Assembly (NCBI GenBank): GCA_963769025.1 | Contig: CAVYKI010000006.1 | Coordinates: 256,001-320,000 of the forward strand | DNA: 64,000 nucleotides | Reading direction: 5' to 3' | From: an uncultured Verrucomicrobiae bacterium | GTDB lineage: Bacteria > Verrucomicrobiota > Verrucomicrobiia > Chthoniobacterales > Chthoniobacteraceae | Shown here: piece after piece, positions 9,613 through 20,011 of the stretch | Layout of the letters: each line of letters begins with the position of its first letter | Position numbering within the stretch: position 1 is the first letter of the stretch | Notes under the pieces: generated by a model | The model's database searches: none | Told to the model about the DNA's origin: nothing | What the model saw: only the letters and a program-made list of their open reading frames with translations | Program-made: the position numbers and the translations under genes

Positions 9613-10823
9613 TCACTGGGGTCGGAGGCTGATGACGGCGATTTCGCCGCGGGAGTTGCGGCAATAGACGAGACCGTTTGCGAGCACGGGCGCGGTCCAG
9701 CATTTCGGGCCGAGCACCTTTGCGCGCGCCGTGGGCTTGAAGCTATCCGGCGACGCGGGTGCGATGGAAAGTTCACCGTCGCCGCTGAGGGCGATCAGCT
9801 TTCCGTCGGCGATGATCACGCGCCGTTGCCGAAGCCCGGCTGGCTCCACCTTTCTGTGCCCAGTCGCGAACTCGATGCACTTCAGCGAGCCTTTCTCCGT
9901 CGTGTCGCCATCGACGCCGTAGAGGTGGCCATCGTGCAGCACCGCGGCATTCATCTGCGTGCGGAGCGCCTTCGTTTTCCAGAGCTGCTTCGGCTCGTCG
10001 GCGTCAGTTCGAGCAGCGTGCCGCCCTTGCTGTAGCCGGTGGAAATGAACATGCATGTCCGCCACTCACCACCGGGTCCGCGGCATTCACGCCGTATTGC
10101 GTCACCCAGCGGAAGCGCCACGCCTCCTTTCCCGTCAGCGGATCGACCGCGAGGTAGTTGGTCGGAATTGCCGAACATCACGAGCTTCGCGCCGCCGATC
10201 TCGACCGGCAGCGGAGTGGAGTAGCCCGCGTCCTTCGCGGCAGACTGCCACGCGATCTTCCCGTCCGCCTTGTCCACCGCGACTCCCGCCTCGCCGACAT
10301 TCAGCACGAGCAAATTCCCGACGACGAGCGGCGCGCCCGTGAAGCCCCACATCGGCAGCGGCGCGCCGGTTTCCTTCTGGATGTTTTTCTGCCAGACGAT
10401 TTTCCCGTCGGCCGCCTCGAAGCAAAACAGATCGCCCCACCGGCTCAGCCAGTAAAGCCGCGTCGCCGTCGAACGTCGGCGTGCCCGTCGTGCCGCCCTC
10501 GAAAAATTTGTCGCCGAGTTCCGCCGGATAGCTGTGCTTCCACAGCGGCTTGCCGGTCGCTGCGTCGAAGCAAAAGACGGTGTCCTTTCCATCCGCATGC
10601 CCGGCCGTCGCCGCGCGCCCATCCGCCACGACGATCGAGGAAAAGCCGAGCCCGACCTGCGCCTTCCACGCCACCGGCGGCCTCGCGCTGTCCACTCGCC
10701 GCGCCAGCCTTTCTCCGCCGACACACCGTCGCGTGTCGGCCCGCGGAAATGCGGCCAGTCGTCGGCGAGCACCGAGGATGAGGTTGCGATTGCGAGGAGC
10801 AGGGCAGGGATATTTCGGAGCAT
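9613..10823 (-). CDS. PQQ-binding-like (BamB-type) beta-propeller protein, several frameshifts
   Basis: Signal peptide then ADDWPHFRGP. Consecutive segments in different frames: GLGFSSIVVADG, CFDAATGKPLW, WGFTGAPL, AGYSTP, KCWTAPVLANGLVYCRN. Confidence 0.8.
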
Positions 10824-10891
10824 CGCGGGAATCAATGACATGGAGCCGGTGGGGTGGCAATCAGCGGGGCACACTGGCCTCTGTGGAGCGC

Positions 10892-11254
10892 TCAGTCGTT
10901 CATTTCCCAGCCGACCACCACGCCATCGTCGAGCGTGACTTTCAGGCCGAAGCGGTTGCGGGCGGTGGGGCGATACTTCCAGATTTCCTTGGTCTTCGTC
11001 TTGAGCACTTTCCGGTCGATGTCCTCGGGCTTGCCGAGGGAATCGAGGAGCTGCTCCTCGGTTTCTCCCTGCCAGATGACGCCGCGCATGATGCGGCGGG
11101 CGATTTCGGGATCACCGTATCTTTCCGTGAGATGGCGGCGCCGCTGGCGATAGCCCCAGATGCAGATGGCGACGACGAGGAGAGCGACCGCGAGTGTCGC
11201 CAGGCCGATCTGCCGCCACTCGAAGGCGGCGAGCGTGGCAAAGGATAGGCACAT
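10892..11254 (-). CDS. hypothetical membrane-anchored protein (SmpA/DUF2845-like C-terminus)
   Basis: One TM helix then IWQGETEEQLLDSLGKP...EIWKY...VVVGW. Confidence 0.65.
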   Translation of the reverse strand: MCLSFATLAAFEWRQIGLATLAVALLVVAICIWGYRQRRRHLTERYGDPEIARRIMRGVIWQGETEEQLLDSLGKPEDIDRKVLKTKTKEIWKYRPTARNRFGLKVTLDDGVVVGWEMND

Positions 11255-11358
11255 GAAAGCCGGGTATCAGTGTCGGTCCGCGCCGCCAAGTCAGAAGCAC
11301 TTTTCCGCTTCCTGCGCCGGGATGAAGCGAAGCACCCGGACGGGCGGTCAAAATGACA

Positions 11359-12744
11359 TCAGGCCGGATGCTTCCACGGAGCGCGATATTCGCGGCGGAG
11401 GAGCTTGTCCGCCTCGGCATCGCCGGCGATGTGGCGCTTCACGGGATCGTAGGCGAGCGGGACGGCCGCCGAGCTTCATCGCGAGCATTGGCGAGGATGC
11501 AGCTCGCGGTGGAGATGTGGCCCTCCTCGATGTCGGCGATTGGCTTGCTGCGTTTCTCGATCGCGGCGAGAAAATCGAGCATGTGGCGGCGTGTGGCGGG
11601 CGCGGCATTCAGCTCGTTGTCCTTTTCGGTCACGTCCTCGGGGTACTGCTCCTTTTCGAAGACGCAGTCGAAGTGGATCGGCTTGGCGTTCTTGTCATGC
11701 GGGATGAAGTCCGCGCGCATCGTGCTCACCTTGAGCGTGCCTTTTTCCCCGTGGATGAAGAGCGCCCACGGATACTCCGGGATCGGTCGGCACGCCCCAC
11801 GAGCGGTGCTTCCAGGCGCAGTTGAAGCCGTCGTACTCGAAGATCGCGGTCTGCGTGTCGGGGATGTTCGACTTGCCTTCCTTCTGCACGAGGATGCCGC
11901 CCTGTGAGCTGACGCGCTTCGGCCAGCCGAGGCCGAGCATCCAGCGCGCGGTGTCGAGCATGTGGACGCACATGTCGCCGAGGATGCCGTTGCCGTATTC
12001 CATGAAAGTGCGCCACCAGCGCTTGTGCGGGAGCCCGTCGTACGGCCGCAGCGGCGCGGGGCCGGTCCACATCTCGTAGTCGAGGAAATCGGGCACGGGC
12101 TCCACGGGCGGGTTGCCGTTCGCGCGCATGTGGAAGTAGCAGCACATGTCCACGTGGCCGATTTTCCCGAGCAGGCCGGCGTCGACGATTTGCTTCTTCG
12201 CCTCGATGAGGTGTGGCGTGCTCTTCCGCTGCGTGCCGATCTGCACCACGCGGCCGAGCTTGCGCGCGGCGTCGAGCATCGCCTCGCCCTCGCGCACATC
12301 CACGCTGATCGGCTTCTGGCAATACACGTCCGCGCCCGCCTCCAGCGCGGCGATGCAGTGCAGCGCGTGCCAGTGGTCCGGCGAGCCGATGAGCACGATG
12401 TCCGGCTTTTCCTTCAGCAGCTCGCGATAGTCGGCAAATGTCGGCGGCGCCTTTTTCGACTTCTGCCGCTGGCTGGCAATTTCGACCGCGCCCGCGAGCA
12501 TGTTCTTGTCCGGATCGCAAATGCCGACGATTTCGACCGGCGCGACCTGCACGAGCCGCCACAGGTCGCTCTTGCCGTACCATCCTGCGCCGATAAGCCC
12601 GACGCGGCGCGGCTTGCCGGTGATGTCGAGCGCATCGGCTCCGAGCGCCGAAAGTGCGAGGGACGCCGCGCTGGTCTGAAGGAAGCGGCGGCGGCTGAGG
12701 TGGAAGGGCTGAAGTGGCGCGGGCGAAATCCGGGGAGAGTTCAT
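11359..12744 (-). CDS. Tat-exported Gfo/Idh/MocA oxidoreductase (frameshifts near 11790, 11490, 11460)
   Basis: SRRRFL Tat motif, LIGAGWYG, GSPDHWH, YCQKP, DMCVHMLD. C-terminus REYRAPWKHPA parallels the 8198 paralog. Confidence 0.88.
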
Positions 12745-12889
12745 GGGCGGAACCTTGCACGCCCCCGGCGCGCGAAGGCAATCCCGGCGTCGCGACAAAT
12801 TTGGTGAAAGAAAACGTACTTGCGGCTAAGAGTGTCTGGGTTCGGGCATTTACCTGCCGAACACCCTCAATTTCCGCCTTTTTCCCGTC

Positions 12890-15229
12890 ATGAAACGCAT
12901 CGCCATCCTCGCATCCTGCATCGTCCCCGCAATTTCCGCCTGGGCCGGTTCCCCCTCGGTGGGCCAGATCATCCCGTCCGGAGGGCAGCGAGGCACCGAG
13001 ACGGAAGTCACGGTGACGGGCGGCAACCTCGGCGATGCGCGCACGCTGCTTTTTGACCAGCCCGGAATCGAGTGCCTGAGCCTGAGCGAGGTGGCGGCTG
13101 GCAAGTTCAAGGCCAAGCTGAAAATCGCGCCCGATGCGCGGCTGGGCGAATACTATTTCCGGGCAATCACAAACTCCGGCATCGGCGACGTGCGGCTCTT
13201 TTACGTGTCCCCCTATCCGGTCGTGAAGGAGGCCGTCGAGGACCCGAAGGATCCTTACGCGGTGCAGCCCGCGACTCTCGGCACGACGATCTACGGCACA
13301 AGCCCGGGGGAGGATCAGGACCACTTCGAAATCGAAGCCAAGAAGGGGCAGCGGATCTCCGCCGAGGTCGTGGGTGTGCGGCTCTCCTCGCAGGCGTTTT
13401 TCGACGCGTACCTGAAAATCACCACTGCCGACGGGAAGGACCTCGCGGAATTGGACGACTCCTCTTTCACGCGGCAGGATCCGGTGTTGAGCGTCATCGC
13501 GCCGCAGGATGGCAAGTACCGCGTCATCCTCCGCGACTCGACGAACAGCGGCGGCGGCGCGGGAAACTATCTCCTGCACATCGGCTCGCACCCGCGTCCC
13601 ACAACGACGTTTCCGCTCGGCGGAATGGCGGGCGAGACGGTGAAGTTCACCATGCTCGGGGATGCGTCCGGGCCCTTCGAGCAAACGGTGAAGCTGCCTG
13701 CGGAACCGCAGGAGCGGTTCGAGATTTGCGCGGAGAAGGACGGCATCACCGCGCCGCAACCGAATTTCATCCGCGTGTCGCCTTTCCCGAACGCGATGGA
13801 GGTGGAGCCGAACAACACCGTCCAGACGGCGACGCCGGTCAAATACGCGCCGCCGGTCGCGCTCAACGGCATCATCCAGGAAAAAGGCGACGTGGATTAC
13901 TTCAAGATCACCGCGCAGAAGGGGATGGTTTACGAAGTCAACGTGCGCGCACGCATGCTGCGCTCGCCGCTCGATTCCGTGCTGGAGATTTACAACGACA
14001 AGGGCGCGCGGCTCGTGCTGAACGACGACGCAGGGAACCCCGACAGCTACCTGCGGTGGACTGCTCCGGCGGATGGCGATTTCTTCGTGGCAGTCCGTGA
14101 CCAGCTCCTGCGCGGCGGACCGCTCTTCACCTATCGTGTGGAAATGTCGAAGGTGGAGCCAGCGCTGCTCACGTATCTGCCGGAAGTGGTGCAAAACAGC
14201 TCGCAGCAGCGCCGCGCGGTGCCGGTGCCGAAGGGAAACCGCTACGCGACGCTCGTGCAGTTGAAGCGCGCGGATGTGGCTGGCGATGCAGAGCTTGAGC
14301 CCAAGGATTTGCCCGCCGGCGTGACCGCGGCATTCGACAAGGTGGACAAGGCCGTGGATCGCGTGGCGATGGTCTTCGAGGCCAAGCCGGACGCCACCGC
14401 TGCGCAAAAGAGTTTCACCATCCTGGCGAAGCCCACCGAGCCGCCGAAGGACATTACGGTCGCTGCCCGCGTGGCGCACCGCGTCGAGGTCGCCGAAAAC
14501 GGCAACCAGCGGGCTTACTACGGCGTGGACGAAAACGCGCTGCCCATCGCGGTGACGGACGAGGTGCCGCTCACCATCAATTGCGTGCAGTCGAAGGTGC
14601 CGATTCTGCAGAGCGGCTCGATGGCGCTGAAGGTCGTCGTCGAACGGAAAAACGACTTCAAGGGACCGGTGGACATCCAGGTCATCTGGGCCCCGCCGGG
14701 CATCGGCACGCCCGGTGTGGTGAGCATTCCCGCCGACAAGGCGGAGGGGAGCATCACCATCAGCGCAACCGCCACCGCACCCATAGCAAAATGGAAGACG
14801 GCCATCATCGGCAGCGCGGATTTCGGCAAAGGAGCGACGTGGATCAGCACGCAGCTTTTTGACATCGAGATCGCGGCCCCTTTTGTGGGCGGCACCATCG
14901 TGCGCACTTTCATCGACCAGGGAGGTGAAGGTTCGATGACCGTGAAACTCGACCAGAAGAGTGCATTCGAGGGCAAGGCCAAGGTCGCGCTCGTCGGCCT
15001 GCCGCAGGGCGTGACTTCCGAGGAACGCGAGATCACCAAGGCCGACGCGGAGGTCAAATTCCCGCTGAAGGCCACGCCCACCGCGCAGGTCGGGCAGCAC
15101 AAGACGATTTTTGTTTCCTACACGCTCGTCCGTGATGGCGAGACGATGACGAACACCATCGCCAGCGGCGGAATTCTCCGCGTGGACAAATCCACGACCG
15201 CCGGAAAAGTCGCCGATACCAAGAAGTAA
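12890..15229 (+). CDS. secreted PPC (pre-peptidase C-terminal) domain protein, PVC type
   Basis: 779 aa, signal peptide, PSGGQRGTE, EVEPNN, DVDYFKITAQKG repeats; this family typically partners DUF1549/1553 genes. Confidence 0.82.
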   Translation: MKRIAILASCIVPAISAWAGSPSVGQIIPSGGQRGTETEVTVTGGNLGDARTLLFDQPGIECLSLSEVAAGKFKAKLKIAPDARLGEYYFRAITNSGIGDVRLFYVSPYPVVKEAVEDPKDPYAVQPATLGTTIYGTSPGEDQDHFEIEAKKGQRISAEVVGVRLSSQAFFDAYLKITTADGKDLAELDDSSFTRQDPVLSVIAPQDGKYRVILRDSTNSGGGAGNYLLHIGSHPRPTTTFPLGGMAGETVKFTMLGDASGPFEQTVKLPAEPQERFEICAEKDGITAPQPNFIRVSPFPNAMEVEPNNTVQTATPVKYAPPVALNGIIQEKGDVDYFKITAQKGMVYEVNVRARMLRSPLDSVLEIYNDKGARLVLNDDAGNPDSYLRWTAPADGDFFVAVRDQLLRGGPLFTYRVEMSKVEPALLTYLPEVVQNSSQQRRAVPVPKGNRYATLVQLKRADVAGDAELEPKDLPAGVTAAFDKVDKAVDRVAMVFEAKPDATAAQKSFTILAKPTEPPKDITVAARVAHRVEVAENGNQRAYYGVDENALPIAVTDEVPLTINCVQSKVPILQSGSMALKVVVERKNDFKGPVDIQVIWAPPGIGTPGVVSIPADKAEGSITISATATAPIAKWKTAIIGSADFGKGATWISTQLFDIEIAAPFVGGTIVRTFIDQGGEGSMTVKLDQKSAFEGKAKVALVGLPQGVTSEEREITKADAEVKFPLKATPTAQVGQHKTIFVSYTLVRDGETMTNTIASGGILRVDKSTTAGKVADTKK

Positions 15230-15312
15230 GCCACGAATAATCCCATCGTCGGGCCAAAGAAAGCGGCCCGGCAGAGATACTTGCCAATAAGTTCACACCT
15301 GAGACTCCACCC

Positions 15313-17730
15313 ATGCAAAAAGCCATCCATTTCCTGCCGCTCGTATTTACATTCGCCGGAGTCAGCCTTGCGGCGAACAACTTCGAGGTGTTCCCCGCCG
15401 AGGTGAACCTCAAATTCCTCCGGGACCAGCAGTCGCTCGTCTGCCGCGTTACGGAGCCCAATGGCGTCCACCGCAACGTGACGGCGCAGGCAAAGATGAC
15501 TTTCGCCGATCCTTCCAAGGCCCGGGTCCAGGCCGGCACCGTTTTCCCCGTCGCCGACGGACAGACCAAGCTGAAGGTCGAATACAACGGACAGTCTGTG
15601 GAGATCCCTGTGAAGGTCGAGGAGGCGAAGACCGAGCAGCCGATCTCGTTCAGCAACGATGTGATGCCCATTTTCATGCGCAACAACTGCAACAGCGGCG
15701 GCTGCCACGGCTCCGCGCGCGGCAAGGACGGCTTCATGCTCTCGCTTTTCGGATACGACCCGCAGGGGGATTATTTCCGCATCACCCGCCAGCAGATCGG
15801 CCGGCGCATCAATCTCGGAACACCGGATGCCTCCATGCTCGTCACCAAGAGCAACGGCGAGGCGCCGCACACCGGCGGCAAGCTTTTCACCAAGGACAGC
15901 GACAACTGCAAGACGCTCATCCGCTGGATCGAGGCCGGTGCACCGAATGACGTCGCCGGAATCTCAGAGGCCACGAGCCTGGAGATTCTGCCGAAGCAGA
16001 TCCTGCTCGAGGCGCCGGACCAGAAATTCCAAATCACCGTCCGCGCCCACTACAGCGATGGCACCGATCGCGACGTGACCAAGCTTGCGCTCTTCATGAG
16101 CAGCAACGACGGCTCGGCGAAGATCGACAAGGAAGGCGTGATCACCACCGGTCAGCGCGGCGAGGCATTTGTCATGGCGCGCTTCCACACGTTCACCGTG
16201 GGCACGCAGGTCATCATCATCCCGAAGAACCTCCAGTACACCAAGGCGAAGGTCGAGGAGTGGAACTACGTGGATCAGCTCGTGAATGCGAAACTCGACA
16301 AGCTGCGCATTTTCCCGAGCGGCATCTGCGACGACGAGACGTTCCTCCGCCGCGCGAACATCGACATCACCGGCACGCTCCCGACCTCCGACGAGGTGAA
16401 GGCATTCATCGCCGACAAGGACCCGCAAAAGCGCGGCAAGAAGGTGGATCAGCTCCTCGCCCGGAAGGAATTCGTGGACATCTGGGCGATGAAGTGGAGC
16501 GAGTTGCTCCAGATCCGCAGTGGCAACAACCAAGCGCAGGCCAGCTACAAGTCCGTGCTCACGTACTACAACTGGATCCGTGAGGAGCTGGAGAAGAATG
16601 TCCCAGTGAATGAAATGGTGCGGAAATTGGTTTCCTCCACCGGCTCGAACTTGGAAAATCCGGCGACGAACTACTATGAGCTGGAGGTCGATTCGCTGAA
16701 GCTCGCGGAAAACGCCGCGCAGGCGTTCTTCGGCACGCGCATCCAGTGCGCACAGTGCCACAATCACCCGTTCGACCGGTGGACGATGGCCGACTACCGC
16801 GGATTCGTCTCCTTCTTCACGCAGGTCGGCCGCAAGCAAGGCGAGGATCCGCGCGAGCGCATCGTCTATAACTCCGGCGGCGGCGAGGCGCGCCATCCCT
16901 TGGACAACAAGGTCATCCCGCCGAAATTCCTCGGTGAGGAGCAGCCGGATTGCACGGGCAAGGATCGCCGCCAGGTGCTCGCCGACTGGATTGCCTCACC
17001 GAAAAACCCATTCTTCCCGCGCCACATCGCGAACCTCGTCTGGGCGCAGTACATGGGCCGCGGCATCGTCGAGCCCGTGGACGACGCGCGCATCTCGAAT
17101 CCGCCGAGCAATCCCGAGTTGATCGACGGACTTTCTGCAAAGCTCGTCGAATACAACTACGACATGCGCCGCCTCGTCCGCGACATCTGCACCAGCGCCG
17201 CCTACCAGCGCGCGACGCGCGAGAATGAATCGAACGCGCTCGATGACCGCAATTTTGCGAAAGCCACCATCCGGCGCATGCGCTCGGAGGTGATGCTCGA
17301 CTGCATCACGCAGATCACCGAGACGAAGGACAAATACAAAGGACTCCCGCTCGGTGCACGCTCCGTGGAAATCGCCGACGGCCGGACGACCAGCTACTTC
17401 CTGACCACGTTTGGCCGCAGCGATCGTGAGAACATCTGCTCCCGCGAGCAGGTCGGCCCGACGCTCAGCCAGGCGCTGCACATGCTCAACGGCGACACCG
17501 TCGAGGGCAAAATTGCCGCCGGCGGCGTGGTCCAGAAACTCATGAAGGCGAACATGACGCCGCGTGAGGTCGCAGCCGAACTCTTCCTCCGCTGCTTCGG
17601 CCGCAGTCCGACCGAACAGGAACTCGTGAAACTCGAGGAGCATTGGGGCGTCACCGAGGAGCAGCCGAAGGTGTACACCGACATCTTCTGGGCGCTCATG
17701 AACGCCAAGGAGTTCATGTTCAACCACTGA
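15313..17730 (+). CDS. DUF1549 (PSCyt2)/DUF1553 (PSD1) protein with Ig-like domains
   Basis: 805 aa. CNSGGCHG, FLRRANIDITGTLP, CAQCHNHPFDRW (CxxCH), FLTTFGR, ends EFMFNH. Confidence 0.9.
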   Translation: MQKAIHFLPLVFTFAGVSLAANNFEVFPAEVNLKFLRDQQSLVCRVTEPNGVHRNVTAQAKMTFADPSKARVQAGTVFPVADGQTKLKVEYNGQSVEIPVKVEEAKTEQPISFSNDVMPIFMRNNCNSGGCHGSARGKDGFMLSLFGYDPQGDYFRITRQQIGRRINLGTPDASMLVTKSNGEAPHTGGKLFTKDSDNCKTLIRWIEAGAPNDVAGISEATSLEILPKQILLEAPDQKFQITVRAHYSDGTDRDVTKLALFMSSNDGSAKIDKEGVITTGQRGEAFVMARFHTFTVGTQVIIIPKNLQYTKAKVEEWNYVDQLVNAKLDKLRIFPSGICDDETFLRRANIDITGTLPTSDEVKAFIADKDPQKRGKKVDQLLARKEFVDIWAMKWSELLQIRSGNNQAQASYKSVLTYYNWIREELEKNVPVNEMVRKLVSSTGSNLENPATNYYELEVDSLKLAENAAQAFFGTRIQCAQCHNHPFDRWTMADYRGFVSFFTQVGRKQGEDPRERIVYNSGGGEARHPLDNKVIPPKFLGEEQPDCTGKDRRQVLADWIASPKNPFFPRHIANLVWAQYMGRGIVEPVDDARISNPPSNPELIDGLSAKLVEYNYDMRRLVRDICTSAAYQRATRENESNALDDRNFAKATIRRMRSEVMLDCITQITETKDKYKGLPLGARSVEIADGRTTSYFLTTFGRSDRENICSREQVGPTLSQALHMLNGDTVEGKIAAGGVVQKLMKANMTPREVAAELFLRCFGRSPTEQELVKLEEHWGVTEEQPKVYTDIFWALMNAKEFMFNH

Positions 17731-17915
17731 GCCTGCGGCTTCGGGTTGTCTGGAAGCGCGTTCAAAATTTACCGACTCCCGAAGCGGGCGGCGGGCGTTG
17801 ATTATTGACCCGCATGCTCCTGGGACGGGAAGGCTGTGGGGCATGGAATCTACCGAACCGGGTCAACCGGTGAAGGTGGGCGCCGCCGAGACCGGCAGCA
17901 CCATGTTGGCCGGGC

Positions 17916-19061
17916 TTGACGCTGAGCGCCGAATCGAAACGCTCCCGTTCTGTGCTGATTCCGGCCAACGCGACTGAACTCTGCGACGCAATCCGTGCGC
18001 ATCCGCGCCTGCTTGCTAGCGGAGCGCGGACGAAGCCGCGGCTTTCGGCGGTGGCAGGGGATGTTGCGCTGATTTCCACCCGGGGGCTCGCCGGCATCAC
18101 CGCTTACGATCCGGGCGAATTTACCTTCACCGCGCTCGCGGGCACGCCGCTGCGCGAAATCCGTGCGGCGCTCGCGGAGCGCGGGCAGTATCTCCCGTTC
18201 GATCCGCCGCTCACGGACGCGGGTGCGACCATCGGCGGCACCGTGGCAGCGGGCCTCAGCGGGTCGGGGCGCTTTCGCTACGGCGGCGTGCGCGACTTCA
18301 TCCTCGCCGTGCAGTTTGCCGACGGTGCCGGCCAACTTCTCCGCGGCGGCGCGAAGGTCGTGAAGAATGCGGCGGGCTTCGACATTCCGAAATTTCTCGT
18401 CGGGAGCTGCGGCCGTTTCGGCGTGCTAGTGGAGGTGACGTTCAAGGTCTTCCCGGCTCCTCAGTCGTGGCTGACGTTGCGCATTCCGTGCGCGGGCGCG
18501 GCCGAGGCCGCGGCCCGCATCGCGCAAGGCGCGTCCTCCCGATGGGAACTCGACGCGCTCGACTACCTCGGAATGCGGGATGCGGGATGCGGAATGCGGA
18601 ATGAGGGCTGCCTGCTCGCGCGTATCGGCGGCCCTGCCGCGGCAAACGCTGCGCTGGCCGTCGAAATCGAACAGGCATGGCCCGGCGCAACCGTCCTCCA
18701 CGAAGCTGAGGCGGACAGCGCGTGGTCGGGTCTTCGCGAGTTTGCGTGGGCGCATGCGGATGGCGTGCTCGTGAAAATCCCGATTACACTCGGTGCACTC
18801 GCTCCGGTATCGGCGTCGCTCGCAAAACTCCCCGGTGCCCGCGGACATTTCAGCGCCGGGGGCAATGTGGCGTTCGTTTCACTTCCCGGCGCCGAGCAAG
18901 TCGGACAACTCGACGCCGAACTCCGCGCGTTCGGGCTCACGGCCCTCGTCCTTCGGGGGGCAATCGCACCCGCGCGCCTGGGAATTTGGCGCGAGCCCGC
19001 CATTGCTGAGAATGTGCGGGCGGTGTTCGATCCCTCCGGGCGTTTTGCTCCGCTCACATGA
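17916..19061 (+). CDS. glcE: FAD-binding oxidase, glycolate oxidase GlcE-like subunit
   Basis: GITAYDPGEFT, ATIGGTVAAGLSG, GGAKVVKNAAGFD, FDPSGRF. The true start may be GTG near 17952. Confidence 0.8.
   Translation: MTLSAESKRSRSVLIPANATELCDAIRAHPRLLASGARTKPRLSAVAGDVALISTRGLAGITAYDPGEFTFTALAGTPLREIRAALAERGQYLPFDPPLTDAGATIGGTVAAGLSGSGRFRYGGVRDFILAVQFADGAGQLLRGGAKVVKNAAGFDIPKFLVGSCGRFGVLVEVTFKVFPAPQSWLTLRIPCAGAAEAAARIAQGASSRWELDALDYLGMRDAGCGMRNEGCLLARIGGPAAANAALAVEIEQAWPGATVLHEAEADSAWSGLREFAWAHADGVLVKIPITLGALAPVSASLAKLPGARGHFSAGGNVAFVSLPGAEQVGQLDAELRAFGLTALVLRGAIAPARLGIWREPAIAENVRAVFDPSGRFAPLT
18570..18604 (+). repeat. five tandem heptamers GG(A/G)ATG(C/A) inside the glcE-like CDS
   Basis: GGAATGC GGGATGC GGGATGC GGAATGC GGAATGA, translated as GMRDAGCGMRNE. 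Confidence 0.75.
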
Positions 19062-20011
19062 AATCAAAAGCCACCTCCCGAAAGCCGCGGCGCAAGAAAC
19101 CCGGCGAGATCGCGACATTGTCGCAGGGGCTTTTTTCCATCGCCCTGCCGGGTGCAGAGCCGGCACCCCGAACGTCCGCGCCTCCAGCGCGCACGGTGCT
19201 CGATCTCCGTCTCGGCGACTGCATCGCCGGAATGCGTGCGCTCCCTCCGGATTCCGTGGATCTCGTTGTCACCTCGCCGCCGTACAATCTCGACATCGCC
19301 TACGGCAAGTTCCGCGACGACGCGCCGCGCGAGGCGTATCTCGACTGGTGCGAGCGCTGGGCGACGGAAGTGCGACGCGTTTTGAAACCCGACGGCTCCT
19401 TTTTCCTCAACGTCGGCGCCGCTCCCGCAAATCCGTGGTTTCCGCACGAGGTTGCGCTCCGGCTGAGGAAGCTCTTCGTCCTGCAAAACACGCTGCACTG
19501 GGTGAAGTCCATCACCATCCAGCCAAAGGGCGGCGAGGAAATCTCGGCAGGACATTTCAAGCCGCTCAACAGCAGGCGATACATCAACGACTGCCACGAA
19601 TACATTTTTCACCTCACGCGGAACGGCGACACGCCCCTGGACCGCCTCGGCGTCGGCGTCGCGTACATGGACAAGAGCAACATCGCGCGCTGGGGCCACA
19701 CGGGCGGGAAGGACAGGCGCTGCCGGGGAAATAATTGGTTCATCCCGTATAAGACGATCTCGAGCAGGGCGGGGGAGCGCCCACATCCCGCGACTTTTCC
19801 CGCGCAGCTTGCGGAGTGGTGCATCCGGCTCCATGGCATGCGCGACGGACTCACCGTGCTCGATCCTTTCCTCGGCATCGGCCACGCGGCGGAGGGCGCG
19901 TGCGCGTGCGGCGTGGGGAAGTTCATCGGATTCGAGATTGACGCGGGCTACCTCGGCGAGGCGTGTAAGCGCCTTGGCGTGCCGGTTCCGAAGCCGCGGC
20001 GCGCTGACTGA
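19058..20011 (+). CDS. site-specific DNA methyltransferase, beta class (N4-C/N6-A)
   Basis: Motif IV VVTSPPY precedes HPATFP and motif I LDPFLGIG. ATGA overlap with the upstream gene. Confidence 0.9.
   Translation: MKSKATSRKPRRKKPGEIATLSQGLFSIALPGAEPAPRTSAPPARTVLDLRLGDCIAGMRALPPDSVDLVVTSPPYNLDIAYGKFRDDAPREAYLDWCERWATEVRRVLKPDGSFFLNVGAAPANPWFPHEVALRLRKLFVLQNTLHWVKSITIQPKGGEEISAGHFKPLNSRRYINDCHEYIFHLTRNGDTPLDRLGVGVAYMDKSNIARWGHTGGKDRRCRGNNWFIPYKTISSRAGERPHPATFPAQLAEWCIRLHGMRDGLTVLDPFLGIGHAAEGACACGVGKFIGFEIDAGYLGEACKRLGVPVPKPRRAD

Noticed and set aside
17843..17977. 44-codon ORF (MESTEPGQPV...) overlapping the glcE-like start
   Set aside because: No recognisable motif or RBS, so it is indistinguishable from chance.
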